Positions 30,335-39,700 of a stretch of 64,000 nucleotides of DNA are shown here, in pieces. The notes below the pieces were generated by a model. It was given only the letters and a program-made list of their open reading frames with translations. It was not told the DNA's origin and ran no database searches. The position numbers were made by a program, and so were the translations under genes. Positions within the stretch are counted from its first letter, which is position 1. Every line of letters starts with the position of its first letter. Source of the DNA: a virus (taxonomy: Duplodnaviria > Caudoviricetes); IMG/VR virus record IMGVR_UViG_3300046820_001270, positions 32,001-96,000 of that record. One strand, given 5' to 3'.

Positions 30335-30937
30335 ATGATTGAAGAAATAAAATTAAATGATAATACTAATATCTATAAATCAAAAATAAAAATTACCGAT
30401 AAAAATAAATTGATATCGGATATAAAACTTAATTTAGATATTTCCATAAATTCAAAAAATTCAACCCCCACCGAACCTGGTATCCAATCAACTATTGTAA
30501 TATCAACACCTTCCATACGAGAATTAAATGAAAAAATAATAGATGTATTATTTAAAAATTCTAAGATAGATATAAATACACCATATATCACAAATCAATG
30601 GGTTTATATTAGTGATAAGAAGAATACATATTATGGATTTCATTCCCACGATAAGAAAAATCACACAAACATACCGTTACAATGGACATATACTTATTAT
30701 GTCCAAATGCCAAATAATTTAGTTGGGGATGATGGTAAATTAGTTTTTAAATTAGATAATGATACTACACATTCCATATTGCCTGAAGTTGGTGATTTAC
30801 TTATATTTCCCACAACATTATTACATGCACCAATGACTAATACTAATTCGGAAATAGAAAGAATTGTATTTGCTGGAGTTTGGAGTTATATTGACACAAC
30901 AATTCAAATTAGAAAAAAAAATAAAACATTATTATAA
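30335..30937 (+). CDS. Putative 2OG-Fe(II) oxygenase
   Basis: HSHD, YYV, GDLLIFP..LLHA..ERIVFA. Confidence 0.8.
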   Translation: MIEEIKLNDNTNIYKSKIKITDKNKLISDIKLNLDISINSKNSTPTEPGIQSTIVISTPSIRELNEKIIDVLFKNSKIDINTPYITNQWVYISDKKNTYYGFHSHDKKNHTNIPLQWTYTYYVQMPNNLVGDDGKLVFKLDNDTTHSILPEVGDLLIFPTTLLHAPMTNTNSEIERIVFAGVWSYIDTTIQIRKKNKTLL

Positions 30938-30938
30938 T

Positions 30939-31226
30939 ATGTTAAATTTTAAAGAAATATTTACATCTTGGGCGAAACTTTCAAATCCAACAGAACAAGA
31001 GGAACGATTAGCTAAAATTAGATTTTCAATATGTGAAGGTTGTCAATATAAGAAAGAGATTATTAAGACAAAGAAGTGGTCGTTATTATGTGGAAAATGT
31101 GGATGTCCTATACGGGCAAAAGTTTTTTCAGATCAGATTAATCCGTGTCCTATGGGATATTGGAAAGATATCGATAAAAATTTTGGATTAGATATTGATG
31201 AAAAGAATAAAAAATCAATAATTTAA
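30939..31226 (+). CDS. Cys-rich small protein (DUF6171-like)
   Basis: R..ICEGC..CGKCGCP..K..CPMGYW; start moved to ATG 30939. Confidence 0.7.
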   Translation: MLNFKEIFTSWAKLSNPTEQEERLAKIRFSICEGCQYKKEIIKTKKWSLLCGKCGCPIRAKVFSDQINPCPMGYWKDIDKNFGLDIDEKNKKSII

Positions 31227-31255
31227 TATATACATATATATAAGTATATTTCAAA

Positions 31256-31292
31256 TTAAATATATAATTTAAATATTAAATTATATATTTAA
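31256..31292. repeat. Perfect 17-bp inverted repeat with 3-nt spacer
   Basis: ttaaatatataatttaa-ata-ttaaattatatatttaa in the intergenic region before the ATP-grasp/Hint gene. Confidence 0.85.
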
Positions 31293-31348
31293 GAGAACAA
31301 TTACTAAAAATAAACTATTTATCAAATAACATAAATAATATAAAGAAT

Positions 31349-32863
31349 ATGAAAGGTACAATTATTGGGACGGACTTATTAGAATTTAACAATTCGGTAA
31401 AAATTTTAGAAATAAACACAAATACAACTATCTTCAACAGTGCAGTTGATTTGTTAGATTATACATTATTTTTTGAAATGTTAGTTAATAATAATATTAA
31501 CGAATTACATTTTATTTATAATGAGTCGGATGCGTATATAAATGATACCGATACAATGCTTTTTTTATTTGAAGAAAGATTAAAAACAAAATGTATTGAG
31601 AATGGTATCACATATTTTGATTACAAAGTACCAGCTAATTCTGTAACTGTACCGTTTATTGAAGATGCTAATAATAAATTTATTTTAAGACAGGCATTTG
31701 ATACGACTGCGTTGGTAGATGAAACATATTGTGCAGATAAATTTGAATTTTTTAATTTAATGAAAGATTCACAATATATTCCAAAAACATATATAAATAA
31801 TGGTACTGAATTATCTTTTGACACCTTTAATACTATAAGTAATTATACAAACGGTAGACCAAATTTAGTTAAAAAAGATAGATACCCAAGTTATGATTTT
31901 CATTTATATCCTGCTTTATCTAAATTAACTACCGATGTACAATTATCTCAATTAAAAACATCAGTAGATAATACCACGTTTTTGATACAAGAATTTATTT
32001 ATGATGATGCTAATATAGTAAATAATAGATGGAATGTTATCAGAAGTATTGATATATTATATGGTGGTGAATTAGATGTTTTAAATATGGGATCATATAA
32101 AACATCCGTATTTGTTGATGTAGATGCGTGGGCGGATGAATATGAATCAGATGGTACTACACTCACTAAAAAAAGTAGATATACATGGGTAAATAAGCCA
32201 GTGTACAATACAGGTGATTTTAATTATCATACAAATGGTGAATCATTAGTATTGGGTAGTGATGGGACATTATTAAATTTAAATAATTTACAAATCGGTA
32301 ACCCAATAGCGTCGGTTAATTTTACAGACGAAGACGGATTATCACCAAATTCATACGATGCAGATAGTTTTAGAACTCCACATAGACAATGGGGTAGTAC
32401 AATAGAACAAGCACAATCAACTTTAACTAATACCCCATCGGAAGTATTAGATATAACATCAAAAACAGTTTCAGAAATAATGTTAAAAATAACATTAGAA
32501 AATGGAGTTAGTTGGAATGAACCAAGAGATACAATTTACTTAATCCAAGCTGCAAATTCAAATGTTACTCATTTTGACAGATTAAATACGGTAGAAATTG
32601 GAGATAAAATGGTTACTTATAATAAAACTACATTAGAATTATCAACTTTAGTAATTACAGGGATTGAAATAGTATATGATGAGATCATCGGATACAATAT
32701 AAATATTCAACCATCGGATCTATTTTTAGTTGATGTAACTACCGATTTATTTGTGGTACAACATAATTATAGTTGTGACTTTTGCGGTTGGTACTCTTGT
32801 GGTGATTATTTTTGTAGCTATAACTGTCCTGGATGTAATCAAGGACTTCCCCCTAAAGTTTAA
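31349..32863 (+). CDS. Circularly permuted ATP-grasp + Hint (intein-like) domain + C-terminal six-Cys peptide
   Basis: GTDLL..ILEINTN at the N-terminus, then DKF..IPKT..LVKK..IQEFI; Hint blocks SLVL.SDG..LQIG, VEIGD, GYNINI..FLV, VQHN; tail YSCDFCGWYSCGDYFCSYNCPGCNQGLPPKV. Confidence 0.7.
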   Translation: MKGTIIGTDLLEFNNSVKILEINTNTTIFNSAVDLLDYTLFFEMLVNNNINELHFIYNESDAYINDTDTMLFLFEERLKTKCIENGITYFDYKVPANSVTVPFIEDANNKFILRQAFDTTALVDETYCADKFEFFNLMKDSQYIPKTYINNGTELSFDTFNTISNYTNGRPNLVKKDRYPSYDFHLYPALSKLTTDVQLSQLKTSVDNTTFLIQEFIYDDANIVNNRWNVIRSIDILYGGELDVLNMGSYKTSVFVDVDAWADEYESDGTTLTKKSRYTWVNKPVYNTGDFNYHTNGESLVLGSDGTLLNLNNLQIGNPIASVNFTDEDGLSPNSYDADSFRTPHRQWGSTIEQAQSTLTNTPSEVLDITSKTVSEIMLKITLENGVSWNEPRDTIYLIQAANSNVTHFDRLNTVEIGDKMVTYNKTTLELSTLVITGIEIVYDEIIGYNINIQPSDLFLVDVTTDLFVVQHNYSCDFCGWYSCGDYFCSYNCPGCNQGLPPKV

Positions 32864-32890
32864 ATTAAATATAAAATTAAATAAAAAATT

Positions 32891-33034
32891 ATGCAAGAAT
32901 TACCTTTAACGAAATTAGAAAGACCAAATCAACACATTAAGGTTCAAATCAATTCACTTTCAACTGATTTAAAAAATAAAGTTAAAGTTGCGGTTCAAGA
33001 AGTTGTAACTAAGATTAAAGAAAAACATCTTTAA
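32891..33034 (+). CDS. 47-aa hypothetical protein (not in the ORF track)
   Basis: Hand translation MQELPLTKLERPNQHIKVQINSLSTDLKNKVKVAVQEVVTKIKEKHL; A-rich leader; fills the intergenic gap. Confidence 0.6.
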   Translation: MQELPLTKLERPNQHIKVQINSLSTDLKNKVKVAVQEVVTKIKEKHL

Positions 33035-33048
33035 TATATTGATGCATT

Positions 33049-33891
33049 ATGAAATTATTTGCATTTGGTGATAGCTGGACTGCCGGCCAAGGCTGTAATT
33101 TAAAAGTAGAGAATAGTTTTACCGATGAAAATGAACGAAAGATATATAGAAATAGTATGTCTTGGCCTAAATATTTATCCGAACATTTAAATGTAGATTT
33201 TGAAAATTTAAGTAAATCTGGATCATCCAATAAAGAAATTTTTGACACTATTATTGAAACCATCAAATCGAACATCATAAAAGATAATGATTTGGTGGTT
33301 ATTATGTGGAGTTCGTCGTTAAGAGATAATACTCCCTTTTTTCCAAATGGAGAATGTCACATTTGGGGCAAAACTCATATAGAAAACAAATGGAAATTTA
33401 ATTGGATTATAAACTCAATTAGAAATTCAAAAGGAGAGTTAAAACACGAATCTGATTTAAAATATAATCATTTTTTAAAATCTTATAAACAATTTTACAT
33501 TGATGACTTATATAACGATTCATACTATAACATAGTAAATCAAAATTACATTCTATTCATTCAAAAATTATTAGAATCGTATAATATTAATTATGTTTTT
33601 TGTGATGCGTTTGATTTTATGATCACTAAAAACATAAAGATTGATTTAGATAAAACACATTTTATTAATAAATCCAATTATTATAAATTTGGAGAAGTAA
33701 CAGCTAAAGACTTTTTAATTTCATTAGACCCAACTGATTCGGATTTATGGGAGGACTCTTCAAAATGGACAAATATATCCGGAAAACACCCAAATGCAAA
33801 AGGATATCAAAAAATATCTGATGAATTATACGATTTTATAATAAAATCAAATATTATAAAAAAGAACAAATCAATAATTAAAATGTTATAA
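33049..33891 (+). CDS. SGNH hydrolase-like protein
   Basis: AFGDSWTAG, GSSNKEI, HPNAKGY. Confidence 0.75.
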   Translation: MKLFAFGDSWTAGQGCNLKVENSFTDENERKIYRNSMSWPKYLSEHLNVDFENLSKSGSSNKEIFDTIIETIKSNIIKDNDLVVIMWSSSLRDNTPFFPNGECHIWGKTHIENKWKFNWIINSIRNSKGELKHESDLKYNHFLKSYKQFYIDDLYNDSYYNIVNQNYILFIQKLLESYNINYVFCDAFDFMITKNIKIDLDKTHFINKSNYYKFGEVTAKDFLISLDPTDSDLWEDSSKWTNISGKHPNAKGYQKISDELYDFIIKSNIIKKNKSIIKML

Positions 33892-34436
33892 TGGAATTTT
33901 CAATAAATAAATTTTTTGACAAAGAAGAGTGTAATTCCATATTAGAATATGTGGATGGTATAGGTGTGCCATTTTCTTATAACCCAAACGAAACATGGGA
34001 TTGTAAAAGAATATATGATGAAAGTTTTAAAACGAATATTCTTAACAGATTAATATTGAATTACGAAAAAAATAAATTTAAATTATGGTTTGATTTAAAT
34101 GAGTTTGACATAAAAGATATTAATGTTAGTTTAACAAAATATTATGACGGTAGATGGTTAGATTTGCATTTAGACTCCACATCTCAATTCACATCTGTTA
34201 TAATATTAACAGATGAATTTGACGATGGTAGATTTGCATTGTCAAATACATATGAAGATATTAATAATACCGAAAAATATCATTTAGATATTGGACAATC
34301 AATATCATTTGACGGTAGTAAAATTTATCACGGAGTAATGCCAGTTAAAAAAGGTTTAAGATGTGCATTAAATATATGGACAACTAATACCGATTTTAAA
34401 TATAGACCTTTAAAAAATAATAAAAGTATTATATGA
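33891..34436 (+). CDS. 2OG-Fe(II) oxygenase
   Basis: HLD, FDDGRF, YHGVMPV.KGLR. Confidence 0.85.
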   Translation: MEFSINKFFDKEECNSILEYVDGIGVPFSYNPNETWDCKRIYDESFKTNILNRLILNYEKNKFKLWFDLNEFDIKDINVSLTKYYDGRWLDLHLDSTSQFTSVIILTDEFDDGRFALSNTYEDINNTEKYHLDIGQSISFDGSKIYHGVMPVKKGLRCALNIWTTNTDFKYRPLKNNKSII

Positions 34437-35086
34437 GAATAGCAATAGTGTGTAATGGTAGGAGCGGATCTAGCTCAATGATTAATTATATAAATTGTTG
34501 TTTGTTAAACGAATATAAAAAATATAACATTTTTTTTGAACCATTTAATTATCTGAACATCGACGCGTCCGGTAAACTAAAAGTAATTGATGAAATAGTA
34601 AATAAAAAAGATGTGTTATTGAAAACCTTCATAGATAATGATAATTATCCATATGAATCATTCGATAATATTGAACAATATTGGGAATGGGTATATTCAT
34701 TTTTTGATAAAATAATAGTATTAGAAAGAAAAAATAAAAGATTACAAGCGGAATCGTTAGTTTATCATATTAGAATATCTAAAAACAGAACTGTATCACC
34801 ACGTTGGCTTAAACCTAAATACTATGATTTAAACGAATTAGATGAACAACATATAATAGATTTAACAAAACATTTGGAATCTGAATCTTTAGTTTTAAAA
34901 TCAATTTCAAATAAAGGATACCCATTATTTTATTATGAGGATATATTTGTGGACAAAGATATTGAAACAATAAAACGTTTAAACGAATATTGTGAGATAG
35001 AGTATAATCAAATATGTATTGATGAATGGATTAATTCACCATATAAAAAAGTAAGAATAGAAACAAAATCTAATAAATTAATATGA
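34433..35086 (+). CDS. Sulfotransferase-like P-loop protein
   Basis: CNGRSGSS 5'-PSB-like loop, FEPFN, LERKN..QAES, YYED. Confidence 0.7.
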   Translation: MRIAIVCNGRSGSSSMINYINCCLLNEYKKYNIFFEPFNYLNIDASGKLKVIDEIVNKKDVLLKTFIDNDNYPYESFDNIEQYWEWVYSFFDKIIVLERKNKRLQAESLVYHIRISKNRTVSPRWLKPKYYDLNELDEQHIIDLTKHLESESLVLKSISNKGYPLFYYEDIFVDKDIETIKRLNEYCEIEYNQICIDEWINSPYKKVRIETKSNKLI

Positions 35087-35607
35087 AAATTTTAATAATC
35101 GCATTACCAAGAACAGGTTCTACAAGTTTAGGGGAACTGCAGACCAAAAAACACAATATAAAAAAATATTTATTTGAACCATTTAATCCAAAAAATACTG
35201 AAAGATATAATTCTAACGAAAGTAATGTTGTAGTTAAAACACTTGTATTTCAAATTTTAGAGGACATTAAAGAAGAAAATAGAATTGAATGGTTGATAAA
35301 TTTAACAAAAGAATTTGATGAGGTTATTTTATTGACAAGAAAAGATTTAGTAGCTTGTGGAGAAAGTTGGGCGTATTTAAATTATTTTCACGAAACAAAA
35401 AAGTTTATGTATTATGAGAATTATTTATGGAAATCAACTCCATATGATACATCAGCATATAATCAAATACTTTCATTTAATGAAGATTTAAAATTTATTT
35501 CCAAAAGTATAAATGTACCTATAACATATTATGAAGATATTTTTGACATAAACGGAGAAGGAAGATTAAGAAAAGGTAATAGAACAAATACATTAAATAT
35601 TATATAA
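35083..35607 (+). CDS. Sulfotransferase-like P-loop protein
   Basis: ALPRTGSTS, FEPFN, LTRKD..ES, YYED. Confidence 0.7.
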   Translation: MKILIIALPRTGSTSLGELQTKKHNIKKYLFEPFNPKNTERYNSNESNVVVKTLVFQILEDIKEENRIEWLINLTKEFDEVILLTRKDLVACGESWAYLNYFHETKKFMYYENYLWKSTPYDTSAYNQILSFNEDLKFISKSINVPITYYEDIFDINGEGRLRKGNRTNTLNII

Positions 35608-36671
35608 TGATTAATTTAAATGAATATGTTTGTACCGTACCGTTTACATCAATGGAAATACATGATGAATCATATTTTCTTTGTTGTGCTAGTTGGTTAA
35701 CAAAATACTTACCGAAAAATCAGCCAATGGATGGTATGTGGAATTCGGAAGAATCTATTGATATAAGAAAATCGGTAATGGATGGAACATATCGTAATTG
35801 TGATAAAACACAATGTCCATATCTGTCACAGTTAATTAACTTAAATAATAAGAGTTTAGGACCTATTAAACATATAAATGAATTACCCGAAGACATAAAA
35901 AAATATGTAAACGAACAAAATGGTATTATGGAAACTGGACCGAAAATAGTTCACATGTCATTTGATAGAAGTTGTAATTTAAAATGTCCATCATGTAGAA
36001 TAGAATCTATAATGGCAAATGGTGAAAAATTAGAAAAAATAGATATAACAATTGAAAAAATGGAGGAGTTATATTCCAACTCGATTGAAACAATTTATTG
36101 TTCTGGGACGGCGGATCCATTTGCTTCTAAATCGTATAGAAATTATCTTAAAAATTTTAATTTTAAAAAATATCCAAATTTAAAATATATTCATCTACAT
36201 ACAAATGCAACTTTATGGGATGAGAAAATGTGGGAAGAAATGAAAAATATACATCCATATGTTAAAACTTGTGAAATAAGTATAGATGCCGCGAGAAAAG
36301 AAACATATGAAAATGTAACTAGATTAGGTGGAAATTGGGATAAATTAATATCAAATTTAAAATTTATATCAACAATAAAAAGTTTAACAAGTGTTAAGTG
36401 TTCATTTGTTGTTCAACAAAGCAATTATACCGAAATGACTGAATTTTTAGAACTAATACATGATATTTTTGGTATGAAAACAAAAGTGTTTTTTGGTAAA
36501 ATAACAAATTGGGGAACTTTTAGTGATGGACAATATAAATTATTAAAAGTGTGGGACAATAGTCATCCCGAGTTTAATCTATTTTTAGAAGAGTTTAAAA
36601 AAGTGGCATTAAATCCATTTGTATTTCATAATATGTATGAATTATTGGACAATAAAAAGTCTTTAATATAA
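35607..36671 (+). CDS. Radical SAM enzyme with N-terminal SPASM-like domain
   Basis: CNLKCPSC; CTVPF..LCC..C..CP; GTADPF replaces GGEP. Confidence 0.85.
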   Translation: MINLNEYVCTVPFTSMEIHDESYFLCCASWLTKYLPKNQPMDGMWNSEESIDIRKSVMDGTYRNCDKTQCPYLSQLINLNNKSLGPIKHINELPEDIKKYVNEQNGIMETGPKIVHMSFDRSCNLKCPSCRIESIMANGEKLEKIDITIEKMEELYSNSIETIYCSGTADPFASKSYRNYLKNFNFKKYPNLKYIHLHTNATLWDEKMWEEMKNIHPYVKTCEISIDAARKETYENVTRLGGNWDKLISNLKFISTIKSLTSVKCSFVVQQSNYTEMTEFLELIHDIFGMKTKVFFGKITNWGTFSDGQYKLLKVWDNSHPEFNLFLEEFKKVALNPFVFHNMYELLDNKKSLI

Positions 36672-36672
36672 A

Positions 36673-36701
36673 TTGACATTTTAATATATTTTCATTATAT
36701 T
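36673..36701 (+). promoter_or_regulatory. Sigma70-like promoter TTGACA-N17-TATATT
   Basis: TTGACA at 36673-36678, TATATT at 36696-36701, ATG at 36708. Confidence 0.7.
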
Positions 36702-36707
36702 ATACCA

Positions 36708-39700
36708 ATGAAAATACTTGCACATACATGTTTTATCGGAGTCACAGGATATGCTAACCACGCAAAGTCCTTTTTTTGTGCTCTGAACAAATACCATACA
36801 GTTAAAGTTAGGAACTCAACAATCGGAAGTGGTTGGAAGGGGATGAATAACACACCTCACGATGATGAACCATATATCACCGATGAGATGAAGGATATGT
36901 TAATTCTACAAACCCTAATCAATGGTGATGGTAGTAGATCTCATTTACCTATGTATGGTTATAAGAATGATTTTAAACCTGATGTTCATATTGTATTGGT
37001 GGATATGAACAACTATTATTTTCACGAGAATTACGATGGATATAAGATAGCATATAACGTTTGGGAATCAACACGTTATCCGCAAGATTTCTTTAAAAGA
37101 TTAATGTACTTTGATGAAGTATGGGTACCAACACAATGGCAATTTGATTGTTTGGTTGAACAGGGTTATCCTAAGTCTAAAATATCAATAGTTCCTGAGG
37201 GAGTTGATGTGGGGACATTTAAACCATTAAGTAAGATACCAAAGAAGGACAAATTTAGGTTCTTACATTTTGGTAGATGGGATTATAGAAAAGGAACTAC
37301 AGAGGTTTTAAGGACATTTGGTGAGGTTTTTAAAGGTAGAACTGATGTTGAATTAATCGCGTCAGTTGAAAACCCATACGCGTATGACGGAATTAAAACA
37401 ACCGAAGAAAGAGTTAAGTACCATAATATTAACGACGAGAATATAAAGTTTATTAAGTTCACACCAAGAGAGGAATATGTGAAGTATCTACAAGAAGGTG
37501 ACGTGTTCGTTACTTGTGCCCGTAGTGAAGGGTGGAACTTACCGTTGATTGAATCGATGGCTTGCGGAACACCATCATTATATTCAAATTGGGGAGGTCA
37601 GTTAGAATTTGCGGAAGGTAACGGTGTTCCCGTTAAGATAGATGGTTTAAGACCCGCAAATGTAGAACATAAACATTTTCCTGGTGAATATTGTGAACCA
37701 GATTGGAAAGATTTGGGAGAACAAATGTTAAATGTAATGAATGATTATAAAAAGTTTAAATCATTCGCAATAGAAGAATCAAAAGAAATTCATATAGATT
37801 TCAATTGGGATAAAATAGCAAAAACAGCATCAAATATATTAATGGAAAAGAAAACAATTAGAGAAGATGATTTTTATAAATCAGGAAAATTCTACACAGA
37901 TGTAGATGTATTAGAAAATTTAGGAGACATTAAAGACTACCAAGGAGGAACACTTGAAGTGGCGAATAAGTTTGGTTGGCCAAGAGCAATATATCATGAG
38001 ATTTATAATTTAATGGATTACTATAAGCGTCCAAATAATGACAAAAGAATTTACGATGGTGATGTTGTTGTTGATTTAGGTGGGAATATAGGAATTTTTA
38101 ATAGATGGGCATATAGTCAAGGTGCGTCTAAAGTAATTTCATTTGAACCAGATAGAAGATATTTTGAACTATTATCTAAAAATGCAGATCCCCGTTCTAT
38201 TTTATATAATGGAGCCGTTGCCGACGAGGTTGGTGAGATGGTTCTTTCTGAAACAGGTCATCTCGGTGGATCTACATTACTTGAAACAGAAGAAATGACA
38301 AACACATACACAGTTAAAACATATACATTAAATTATTTGTTTGAAACTGGTGTAGTAAATAAAATAGATTTTTTAAAGATGGATATTGAAGGTGCCGAGC
38401 ATCATGCGTTTTTAGGAATATCAGATGAAAATTTATTAAAAGTTAGGAACATCTCAATGGAGTATCATCATAATTTATTGGGACACAATGTTGAACTGAG
38501 AGAAAGTTTAATTCAAAGAATGTCAAGATTAGGATTTAGTCATTATACTCTGTTTATGGGCGGAAACGATAATTTACAGATGTTATATTTTGAAAGAAAA
38601 GAAAAATCAATTAGAAAATCTAATATTCATTTTGTTGATGGTCCATTTGCTGAAGTGAACGAAGACGTGGAACATTTATACAATGTTCAATTTATTGATG
38701 GAGACACCGGTAAAATTGAATATGAAACGAATATCAAGAGTAATCATTGGACAAGAGCATCTAAAAAATATTATGTTAATTGGATTGTAAAAATTAAAGG
38801 TATTGATAATGATTTTTATAGAGAAGAGAAATTTAATCCACAAGGACAAAGAATTATGATTTGTTTTGAATCAAAATCGTTAGGTGATAGTTTAGCTTGG
38901 ATCCCATATGTAGAAGAATTTAGAGTTAAAAATAATTGCCAAGTTATTTGTTCAACATTTAAAAATGATTTATTTAAAGGACAATACCCTGAAATTGAGT
39001 TTGTTGAACCTGGAACGGGAGTTAATAATATATATGGTTTATTTAGATTGGGGTTATTTCAAGACGATGAAAGAAAAATAAAATATGATAAACACCCATC
39101 TAACCCAAGGGTAGAACCTTTAGGTAAAATGGCTTCAGACATATTAGGACTTGAATTTGAGGAGATAAGACCAAAATTACCAAAATTTAACAAAAAGAAA
39201 ACAAAGAGAGTTTGTATAGCCATACATTCAACTGCTCAGGCAAAATATTGGAATAATCCAATAGGATGGCAACAGGTTGTTACCCATTTAAAGAAAAAGG
39301 GATATGAAGTTAGATTATTATCAAGGGAAGAGGATGGTTATATGGGAAATAAAAATCCACAGGGTGTTAAACAACAAAAACCAGGACCGATTGAGAAAGT
39401 TATTGAAGTTCTAGAAGAATCTGAGTTGTTTATAGGTATTGGAAGTGGTTTAAGTTGGTTGGCATGGTCAGTAGGTGTACCATGTATTATTATATCGGGA
39501 TTTAGTGAAGAATATAGTGAACCTATGTCGGGAGTATCAAGACTTATTAATAAGGATGTGTGTCATGGATGTTGGAATGTATACGATTTTAATCCGGGGG
39601 ATTGGAATTGGTGCCCCGTTCATAAAGACACTAAACGACAATTCGAATGTTCAAAATCAATCAAAGGGGACGATGTAATAAAAGAAATCGAAAAACTTCT

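Noticed and set aside
32228-32770. Canonical splicing intein or mobile homing element
   Set aside because: No N-terminal Cys/Ser, no block B His, the +1 residue is Tyr, and there is no LAGLIDADG insert; only C-terminal cleavage is plausible.
15339-36671. C-terminal tag as a type IX secretion CTD or peroxisomal PTS1
   Set aside because: T9SS needs a ~70-aa domain plus a signal peptide, both absent; PTS1 (S/A/C-K/R/H-L/M) does not fit and the context is prokaryotic.
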